Part shown: one piece after another, positions 42,098 through 52,584 of the stretch
Position numbering within the stretch: the stretch's first letter is position 1
Layout: the number at the start of each line of letters is the position of its first letter
Assembly: GCF_033153115.1 (NCBI RefSeq)
Contig: NW_026889771.1
Span: forward strand, 6,510,001 to 6,574,000
Direction of reading: 5' to 3'
DNA: 64,000 nucleotides
From: Saccostrea echinata
Lineage: Eukaryota
Program-made: the position numbers and the translations under genes
The notes under the pieces: model-generated
Database searches by the model: none
Seen by the model: only the letters and a program-made list of their open reading frames with translations
Told to the model about the DNA's origin: nothing

Positions 42098-43202
42098 CTC
42101 TCACTTTTTGTGTAGTTAAATTGTCCCATAGAAAATTAATAAAATTGCTAATGGAAAAAAGTTCGAACCTATGGTACCAACGGCCATGAAATAGAATTTT
42201 GGGGTTTAGACAATTTCCTTTTTTTTGCTTGTCAAAGTATTTTTTTTCAGGTAAGTTATCAATTTTTTTCTGACTGTCTCTTTTATAAAATGATACTACG
42301 TGTGCCTGCATCAACATATGACAGCCTATATTATTGAACTTGAAACAGTCTGACTGCTTTGGATGTTAGCGGAAGTGAAAATAAATTTTATATTAATTTT
42401 AGGGAATTACGATATCATAGCTGTCTGTATCTTAACAGTTGAATAAGAAATTTTAAGTCTCAAAATAGGGAAAAATCAAAATGGTACCATTCATTAGACG
42501 AGATAATAAGGTAAAAAAAAAAATGGCTGCAATTCTTAAAAAAACAACACACACACACATACATAAAAACTGTGCATTAAAATCATATATGGCATATTTT
42601 TTGGTAAGTTCAGGCAACCAAAATTAAACAGATCTTTCTATTTGTTTTATTACTTTATATAAAGATAGGACTTTCCTGTAAATTACACAATTTACCATAA
42701 ATCAATCGCATTTCAAAGATATCAAAAATTTAAAACAATAACCGATTTATTTACCGACTCCACATTTAAATAACAGATAATTTACAGTCAATTTAACTAT
42801 AGAAATGCGAGGTTATTCAAGCTCAAAATCAGTGAAAATTTTAATTTGAACATAAATAACAAATATCATGTATATTTACACTCAATCTTGTATTATTATT
42901 TTTCAAGCTCAGATACGCCACATATAACTTTAAACTGCAGGTTTTAAAGTATATGGGAGGAACTTTTTTGTTAGGTAATTTTGCAAAAAAGAATTTCTCT
43001 CAAATTACAGAAATAAAAATACTTCCTTTTATACTGTTGAAAAATGTTTTAAGGTTATTGATTGACAGTCCACTTGTGATTGATCTGACTTCTATGAGTC
43101 ATTTTGATATATTAAGTACTCATGTTTTAGTGAATCTTGCTCTTAGCAGCGTTTAAGCATGACTTAGCTTTTCACAAGGCAATACATATATATATATATT
43201 AT

Positions 43203-43355
43203 TATAACCGTAACTTGATCCGAAAAGCTGTCTCATGTCAAGTTGACAGGCGCGGATCATCAGATCAAATGAGACACAAAGCGTCGAGTTTGATCTGATG
43301 ATCTGCGCCTGTCAACGAGACTTGATACGGCTCTTCGGATCAAGTTACTGTTATA
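43203..43355. repeat. ~150-bp near-perfect foldback palindrome (mini-MITE)
   Basis: ataaccgtaacttgatccgaa..gttgacaggcgcggatcatcagatcaaa / tttgatctgatgatctgcgcctgtcaac..ttcggatcaagttactgttat. Confidence 0.85.
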
Positions 43356-43412
43356 TTAATGATAAATTTATTATATACCCCTTTACAACTAGCAAAATAT
43401 AATAAAGGGATT

Positions 43413-44276
43413 TTTTTATGCCCCTGGATCGAAAGGTCCCGGGGGTATATTGTTTTTGTCCTGTCTGTCTGTTTATCTGTCTGTCTGTTGTCAACTTTAA
43501 CCTTGCCCATAACTTTTGATTGGTTGGAGCTATGACTTTCATATTTCATGTGTGTATTCCTTGTGAGAAGACTTATCTTTGGGTACCATCATATTTGACC
43601 TTTTGACCTTGACGTTGGAGTTTGACCAAATTTGCAAAATTTTTAGAGACTTTAACCTTGGCCATAACTTCTGAACAGTTGGTGCTTTGGGTTTTCAAAC
43701 TTCAAATGTGTATTCTTTGTGACAAGGCCTTCCTTTGGATACCAACAACTTTGACCTTTTGACCTTGACCTTGGAGTTTGACCTTCTTTTGAAAAACTTA
43801 ACCTTGGCCATAACTTTTGAACAGTGGGTGCTTGGGGTTTCAAACTTCACATTTGTATTTCTTGTGACAAGACCTTCCTCTGGATATCAACCTCTTTGAC
43901 CCTTTGACTTTGACCTAGGAGTTTGACCTACTTTTGAAAAACTTTAACCTTGGTCATAACTTTTGAACGGTTGGAGATAGGGCTTTCATACTTCACATAT
44001 GTAATCCTTTTGACAAGACCTTCCTTTGGATACCAACAACTTTGACCTTGACCTTGATGTTTTACTTACTTTTAAAAAACTTTAACCTTGGCCATAACTT
44101 TTGAACAGTTGCAGCTAGGGCTTTCAAATTTCACAGGTATATTCCTCGAGACAAGACCTTTCTTTGGGTATCTTTTTTATCTTTTGGCCTGGATTTTGAC
44201 TTGCATTTGAGAAACTTTAACCTTCGCCATAAGCTGCCATATGGGGGCATCAGTATTTCCAAACACATCTTGTTTG
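43413..44276 (+). mobile_element. HINE/DINE-like element, same family as 28599-29779, ~5.5 internal repeats
   Basis: Same 5' atgcccc hairpin, GTCT microsatellite, ~145-bp units and gggggcatcagt..aaacacatcttgttt end. Confidence 0.85.
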
Positions 44277-45756
44277 GATCAATTACATAACTTTTATCCA
44301 TTAAGGGTTTGGTTCTGTGTGCAGCCAAGTGAGACTCACTAAAAATAAAAACCTTAATATCTCAGAAATTAAGCCTTGCTAACACTTGAAAACTGGTCCA
44401 TGTCATCTTCATAATGAAAACAATCTCTGGGTATATGCAGCTTAATTGACACTTGCAGCAGTTTGCAGCTATGAAGTGCACAATACACCTGCAGGACTGC
44501 GCAGCCACAGGTTTTAGTAGTGCACCAAAAAATCAAAAAAAATATGAAATAGTTAAACCAATTAAGTGGCTACAACTATTTGTGAAGAACCTTTGATTTA
44601 AATGTAAACTCACTACAATAGGTGCATTTCTTTAAATGCATACTTGTTTGTTAAACAAGAAAATGTTAGCCATGAAAGTAGTCCCAACCACATGGCAATG
44701 TGTTAAAAATAGAATTAAAGAGACTCACTGTTGATCTAAAAATAGCACTTTATATGAAAGCCCAGATGTATCTGTAATATTCTTATATTTCATTCAGTAT
44801 TTTATATCTTGATTCCCACGGAATGAGCTTAACCCTCACTCTTTATTTGTTTATACAACGACCTCCAAGCTTAACTGATTCTGACAGTTCCATTGAGATT
44901 TGATATTTTGGTTTACTCGTTAAAATTACTCAGCAGACATGTGGCTTATATACAATGTATTTAGTTATGTAGTTGTAGATTAAAAGTTAGAACTGGACAG
45001 ACGTGTTTCTTTATTCCTGTGCTCAGAGCACGCATTATATTATAACACACTGTTACCTATAGTATTAGAGACAGGACATTACAGTATCTAAAATATTACT
45101 CTATGGTGTGTACAAAACACAGTGAAATTAATGTTAGAAAAATAATTTTCTCCTTAAAAAATATGCCAAATAAGATGTTAAAAATCTGCAGGGATAATGA
45201 AAGTGGGTGATTTAAATAAGAGGCCTGGCCCACAACATTCACTTGAGTTACCTTGGTGTTCTTCAGATTTCTAAGACATTCTTATCCCCCTTAATTCTCA
45301 TAAAAACAAATTTGAGCCAATATTGTGGCCCCACCTTGGGTCATAAGGCCATGTCTAATCCAAAACTGATTGCACAACATGAGGATATTTCATTATCAAT
45401 ATGGCTAACATGGCTTTTATGTTTTCTAAAGTTTTTTTTTCACATGCATACATGCATTTACCAATTTATATATAAAATCTGATCTCAGATTTATTTGAAG
45501 AAAAAAAAATGAAAAAAAAAATACAAATAGAGAATATTTTAATATTATTATAATAATAAGTCTGGCAAATGATTTTGACCAACTTGAATCTTCACTACTT
45601 GAGGATGCTTGCATACATTATGAGTAAATCATTACCTTGTTGTTCATTAAAGGATGATTTTTTCCTATCTATTCCCATGTCAAACTTTGATACCCCTATT
45701 TCAGGGTTTAATTTTTATGGATGACAGATGGACAGACACCAGAGACTCTTTGATCA

Positions 45757-46835
45757 AACAAGAGGCCCAAGGGCCACATCGCTCACCTGAGCACTGTGGC
45801 TAGGAAAAAAGGAAAAATCAGTTTAGTATTGAAAAGCTTAAATGCATAAGTGGTCCCAACCTACCCTAAAAATGGAGTGGGGGGGGGGGGGGGTGGTCAT
45901 CATGAGTTGAACAAACTTGAATCTACACTATCTGAGGATGCTTCCGTATAAATATGACAAACCGTGGCTTTGCTGTTCTTGAGATTTTTAAAGATTTTTC
46001 CTATATATTCCTATGTAAAACTTTGATCGTCCATTGTGGCCCCATCCTACCCCCAGGGGTCATAATTTGAACAAACTTGAATCTACACCACCTGAGGATG
46101 CTTCCACATAAATATGACCAATCATAGCTTTGCTGTTCTTGAGAAGAAGATTTTTGAAGATTTTTCCTATGTACACCTATGTTAAACATTGATCGTCCAA
46201 TGTGGCCCCACCCTACCCCTGGGGGTCATGATTTGAACAAACTTGAATCTACACCACCTAAGGATGCTTCCACATAAATATGACTAATCATAGATTTTCT
46301 GTTCTTGAGAAGAAGATTTTTGAAGATTTTTCCTAGATATTCCTATGTAAAACTTTGATCGTCCAATGTGGCCCCACCCTACCCCTGGGGGTCATGATTT
46401 GAACAAACTTGAATCTACACCACCTAAGGATGCTTCCACATAAATATGACTAATCATAGCTTTTCTGTTCTTGAGAAGAAGATTTTTGAAGATTTTTCCT
46501 ATATATTCCTATGTAAAACTTTGATCGTCCAATGTGGCCCCACCCTACCCCCGGGGGTCATGATTTGTACAAACTTGAATCTACACCACCTGAGGATGCT
46601 TTCAAATAAATATGACCAATCATAGCTTTGCTGTTCTTGAGAAGAAGATTTTTAAAGATTTTTCCTATATATTCCTATGTAAAACTTTGATCGTCCATTG
46701 TGGCCCCACCCTATCCCCGGGGGTCATGATTTGAACAAACTTGAATCTACACTACCTGACAATAATTCCACATGAGTTTCATCTTTCCTGGCCCACTGGT
46801 TCTTGAGAAGAAGATTTTTCAATAATGCCATTAAT

Positions 46836-46867
<32 letters not shown>

Positions 46868-46869
46868 GG

Positions 46870-46936
<67 letters not shown>

Positions 46937-46954
46937 ATTGAAATTGGCCCAGTA

Positions 46955-47002
<48 letters not shown>

Positions 47003-47027
47003 GCCGACGACGCCAACGCCGACGACA

Positions 47028-47070
<43 letters not shown>

Positions 47071-47088
47071 AGCTCAGGTGAGCTAAAA
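45757..47088 (-). mobile_element. HINE with ~6 tandem ~166-bp monomers resembling the oyster Cg170/HindIII satellite
   Basis: Ends aaacaagaggcccaagggcc..gctcacctgag and gctcacttgagccttcagctcaggtgagctaaaaa, with a (GACGCC/GAC) microsatellite. The unit marker aaacttgaatctacac recurs at ~160-166-bp spacing from ~45912 to ~46737. The satellite name is from recall, not alignment. Confidence 0.85.
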
Positions 47089-47619
47089 AGTTCAATAGAG
47101 CCTCTGCTCAGATGAGCTAAAATGTAAAATGTCTTTGATTATTGTAAAAAAGTCACCAAGAAGAACAAAAGAAAAGGATGATAAATGAACTTTTTTATTC
47201 TTAATCACTTCCAGGATATTATATTTCTTTTAATATGTTAACCAGTATATGTTTGACTATTTTTTGTGAAACTTTCTTTAAAGATATAAGGTATAATTTT
47301 ATAAATAAGCTTCAATTCTAACAATATAACTCTAATATAACTCTCTAAGATATTTGAGACCTGTGGTCTTAGCATGGGTTTCACAAGAGTGACTTTAAAA
47401 CATTTTTTGCATTTAATGCACTAAACAATATGAATAAATTAGATAAAACACTATTATAATATCCTGTATCAAGATCCCAAAATGTTCTTCATTGTAAACT
47501 CGTGGAAAGTTCAAATTAATATGTATTTTTGTTTGGTCATCATATTAACTTTTTTTTAAAATGATGTTTGGAAAGTTCATAGCATTTGTTCATACAACCA
47601 TGAAATCAAAAATATTAAC

Positions 47620-50600
47620 TTTCTTTAGTCATATCATATGAAACTAAATCACAGTCTTCACATGTTGCTGATATTTTCTCCAACACTGCTTTCCAAAAGA
47701 TTAACTGTTGAGACAAACCAACATGGACCAAACCCTCTGTCATTTGAATGATCTCCTTGACTTTGAAATCTGTAAAATATTAAATATAAATAATTTATTA
47801 CATACCACTAAAAAAACAATACTGTTGATCACTCTCAAAGAGGGAACTTGAATTGAAAGTTAAATCTTTACATCATGACTAAGTAAAAAGTATGCAAAGA
47901 TAGACATGTAAATTTCAGGGTCAAAGGCTACACATCCCTCAGCAATGATGGTCACATTGTAAATGTTGGTTAACACTGATTGTTGGACTGAATATATCTT
48001 ATTTTAATTTACAATTAGTGTAGATCAGAGTAGTTTAATCCATGTAGAGATAAATGAGTCTAATCTGTATACAAAGAGGTCAAACATAAATAAGATCAAT
48101 TAAGGTAAACCCAAGTGATGGTCATGTCATCTTGCCTTGGGAAGTAGATGAGACAAGCATATAAGATCATAATGAAATAAAGCAAACAAGTACAAAATCT
48201 GAAGGTTAAATGACAAGGTTGGGATTTGATGGCAGAATTTTAAAAACCTGATATGATGACATGTGTGTTAGTAAGCTACAAGAAGATGATCAAAAACAGT
48301 TCCTTACAAAAGAGATTGAAGTTTTCAATTATTTAAGGACATACGCAACGTACCTTACCTACTGATAATTTTTCAAGATATTCTTAATTTAAGATTATAG
48401 TGCCATCAAATGTTCGTAGACAAAAAATCAGCATGCATTACCAGGGGTTTTGAAAAGATATCAATTGTTGAAATTTTGTGTATAATTTAAAGAAAAATAT
48501 ACAAAAATTACTAAACATATATTGTAGATGTTTTGTTTATCAAAACTTGTTTTAGAAGAAGTGTACAACAGCATATATAGACAATAAAATGTATCACACA
48601 GTTCCTTTAAGTATTGGAACTCTTCAGCTCCAGGGAAAAAGACAATAAAGTTCAAACTACGTTGCGTATGTCCTTAAAAATAACCTCTGATGTGACTTCC
48701 TTTTTTCAGTCACTGTTTACCTAACATTTGTTTTTTTATCGTTAAAGTCAACTGCAATATAAACAATTACTTTTATTGGGTTATAACGTGACATCACACA
48801 TATTAGGTTTGATTATTCATGATAACGATACTTAATTCACTCAAGCAGCCTCGGGTAGGAGAGAACTGTAGGCGGACTCCAACCATGGCTTGAGACAATG
48901 TGATGGACACATACACAACATTCACTTAGACAAAATCTTTCTTTTCATCCAACCGCATATATATTTCTCATCATAAAAATTGTACATTCTTTCATTCATT
49001 ACCCATAGAATAACATCTGAATCCAATCATACAAAATGAAAATGACTAGTCAGCTCATTGTGATTATAACACCTACCTTATACCCTTATACACATGTCTA
49101 TTAAATTAACAGAATCATTTCATTGGGATATAAAACTTACCTTACAGGGGAGGTTTTTGGGAGGGCTCCAACACAGGTATCACATGATTATGAAATGCAG
49201 AAATTGACAGTCCAGAGAAAATATCTATCAACAGTGTTCTTTTTTGTGAAACAAGGCATTCTGTAAACATGGTAAACATAGTTATAATAAATTTTAGGAG
49301 AAAAGTTCAAAAACAATTCTTTTAAATCTAGATATTAATATTAATCTTTGTTGAACATGTTGAAGGGTGTCAGACTGTGTTTTAACTGAATGGGATTTAT
49401 TTCCTGAAACTGTGTCCGATAAAACTTTTTTCTATGAGACATTATAAGAATAGAGTTTTGCTTCCATCTCTCTAAATTATTTGAATTTGATTATTGTTTG
49501 TTATCTTCATATTTCATTGAAAGTCTCTTCCATTTTTTTCTTTAAGCATTTTAACCTCAATGTGTCAAACTATACCAGATTTCTTGATTTTTTTTATTGG
49601 TCCCATCATGATAGAAATAACAAGGTTTGCCTGTACCATTAAAATGCAGGTCCTCAAAAAAAATATAATAATAATAACCTTTGAGATAAAGTGGTGGCTA
49701 CATGTACATTCATTTTTTTTCTTCAATTTTATAGAAAAATCTTAGAGGTTTCTACAAGAATATTATGGTATTTATGGATCAATACCAAGGTTTACCCCCC
49801 CACCCCCACCCCCCACCCCACCCCACCCCCAGCACCTTATCTCTTCCTTACAAGTGCAACCAACAACTTAAGTCTGATTGAGCATATGAAAAACTTTCAT
49901 AAAATGAACATTCAATTAAAAATAAACATGCATGCTTGGTAGCATTTGATTCAGCATGCTCAATGGTAACTTAAGATCAGGTAAGACCCCCTTATTATAC
50001 TCCCTTTTTGATAAAACCAATGCAGCTGCAGAAATTCAAGTTTTCAATCTTAACCATTTCAACTAGAGAATATTAATTATTAATACTTTATGCAATTTTC
50101 ATCTTTAAAAAAAAGCTATTTTTCAATTTTGCTGCACTCTTTATCAAATTGATGAACACTGAACAATTTACATATCAAGCAATAAGCAAATTAAGTTAAC
50201 ATCCTTGAAAATTTTTATTGTTTAATTTACTTTTCCCCACGAGAACTACATATACTGCACTAATCTGCAAATCAGAAGGACCAAGTCCAAAATGATGGTT
50301 TGTATACAGTACAAACTTATGTGAAAATTATTTATATAAATAATTAATAATACTTGCATCTCTTTTACAAAAAGTAAAACAAAAAAGCAATTAAATTTGA
50401 ATATCAAAATTTTGATCTACAAATAACACATCTGATTTACCATATATGTGTACTACGTAGAGCCACTTCACTTAGCCGTCATTGGACATTTAACTTGGTG
50501 TGTCTGAGGCTCAATGAAGGATCTTACACAAAAATCGCTCATTAATGAAAACAAAATTTAGTTCTTTACTCTATACTCATAATATTTGAAACCATGTTTT

Positions 50601-51110
50601 TGACTGAACTATATTTTTATACAATAACGAATACTTTTAGTATTTTGAAACATAGTAATATTTATTAGAGGAACCTTAAATATTGCCCGCTACCAAATTG
50701 TGGTCTGCAAGAAACACGTGGAAATTCTCAGATCCTTTGTATAACGTTTAACCTTTTTAAAATTGATGTGCATCAGATCGCAGGCGTTGTCATACTCAAA
50801 ATGTATTACTGATACTAGGAGTTATATCGTATTTCTGAGATAAGGCTCATAAATCACAATAAACACAACAAATGGACTTACCAGCTCCTACTTTCACTTT
50901 AGCCGAATATCGCATGACAGACCTCAGAAATAAACTACGCTGAGTGATTATAGTTCTTAATTTTCGTGCAATATTTTTCAATATTATATGACATTGTCCT
51001 ACATTTGTAGGATTAATATGCTTATTTGATAAAAGGTAATTAATAGCCTTACCTGCAAAAGAAACAACAGACGTTAAATTCAGTCGGAACTGCTAAAACT
51101 GGGCGCGTAT
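47620..51110 (-). other. Putative spliced small-ORF or long non-coding gene, head-to-head with the zinc-finger gene
   Basis: Strong splice signals delimit candidate exons: ~51110-51053, ~50922-50882 (ATG MRYSAKVKVGA), 50522-50441, 49260-49142 and a terminal exon from 47770, with AATAAA near 47195. No long ORF or recognisable domain. Confidence 0.4.
48333..48677. mobile_element. Kolobok-like non-autonomous element with TTAA TSD
   Basis: ttaa-ggacatacgcaacgta ... tacgttgcgtatgtcc-ttaa: a perfect 16-bp TIR with GG..CC termini and TTAA duplication. Confidence 0.85.
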
Positions 51111-52584
51111 TAATTTATCTGTCCATTGTAAAATCGAAGACGGAGCATTCCCTGATATGACGTAAACATCGATGTTACTTTTATAATAAACAATATTAAA
51201 CATTTAGATCGAAACATTCTAATAGCTGGAGATGTTTTACGAAATATCTCTCTAATTGCTTTGTGTAATCGGGGTACTAGAGACATCAGATTACAGAAAT
51301 AGTCAATTGGTTTCAATACCGGAATGGCAGCCCCCAGATTTCGCATGGCGGACATGCCTAGTTGAAGAAAAACAGACAGTTATGGAAAAAGTACGCACAG
51401 AATTGTTAGGAACGAAACAAATAGTTGTACCCATGACGTTCAACTATCTGCACATATACAACAAATGTCATGTTATTGTTTTGTTAGACCTGTAGCTGTG
51501 CAGTCCTGCAAGTGTAATATGCACATTATTGCTGCATGACACTGCAAGTGACAATCAAACTGCATACATATCAAGACAGCTTTCCCATGGAAGGTGTCAT
51601 AGGTCAGTTTTCAAGAGTAAGCAAGAAGTATTTATTAAGATATTGAGATTTTTATTTCGTACGAGTTTCACTTGGATGAACACAAAACCAAACCCTTAAA
51701 CAAACCATTTTGTCAGGGAACTTTTTGATGCACATGAATAAAAACGTCATTTATGTGTGTACACATCATCAGTTTCAGAGAGGGGTAAACTACAGTGTGG
51801 TGATCTGGAACGTTAGATCACACCATCACTTGATTTCATAAATTCATCAGTAAAACAGAGTGACAAACAGTTGGGTATATTAATAAAAACCATGAACACA
51901 CATGATATATGTAAGAATGTTTCTCTCAGATGCAGGTTCAGATGCAACATCTGACAAGCATTTTACACTTCACTGACTCTAGTGAACAATAGTATTTAGA
52001 CATAATTCAAGCATAACACAAGTATACAAATTAAACTTTGTGAAATCTTTTTGGGATGAGTTGTGTGTTGTCAGAATTACTGGTAAAAAGTGTCTTATAT
52101 TTTCAAAAAAGTAAATGCATAGATTTTAATTTTTACGAAGGTGTACATGTAGTTATGAACCTATTTTGAGAAATTTTGTTTGCTCAATCATCTTAATCCT
52201 GTCCGTTTCCCATTTGCCCTTATTTATATGGTCATGACTCGCATATATATCCACTTTAATAGTGTTTCAAGAGCAAAAATTTTGATATAAAGATCAGTTG
52301 TGCAATAAATTTAATTGTATTACTAATTAATGGGTTTCAAGCTTGGTGAAGACATGAATTGATAATGCAATATTTTCAATAATAATTGCTTAAATATTTT
52401 TTTAAGTGCTAGTATTAAAGGACAATTAGAATGTACAGGTAGATTAACTTTATAATACATCTAATCAGTGTTTCTATTAATTTCAGGAGACAGAAAATGG
52501 ACAGAAATTGATACAGAGTGCCATAACCATAACTGCAGATGATAACAAGTTGGTGTCAAATTGGAGCAAATAATTACACACAAA

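Noticed and set aside
42365-42512. Possible plus-strand first exon after GCGGAAGT (MVPFIRRDNK|gt)
   Set aside because: No downstream coding exons found, and the flanking sequence resembles a repeat fragment also seen near 63300.
44825-44842. TAACCCT as a telomerase RNA template
   Set aside because: Only ~7 nt complementary to TTAGGG repeats, with no pseudoknot or CR4/5 evident.
45900-46800. Regular repeat arrays as a possible CRISPR-like locus
   Set aside because: The units are contiguous ~145-168-bp tandem monomers without unique spacers, inside Helentron-type termini in a eukaryotic genome, with no cas genes.
47940-47992. C/D box snoRNA-like ATGATG...CTGA
   Set aside because: Too short, imperfect C box, and it resembles an eroded HINE monomer fragment.
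52561-52584. ORF-track start of the ZNF at 52561
   Set aside because: It is a TTG codon; the first in-frame ATG is at 52585.
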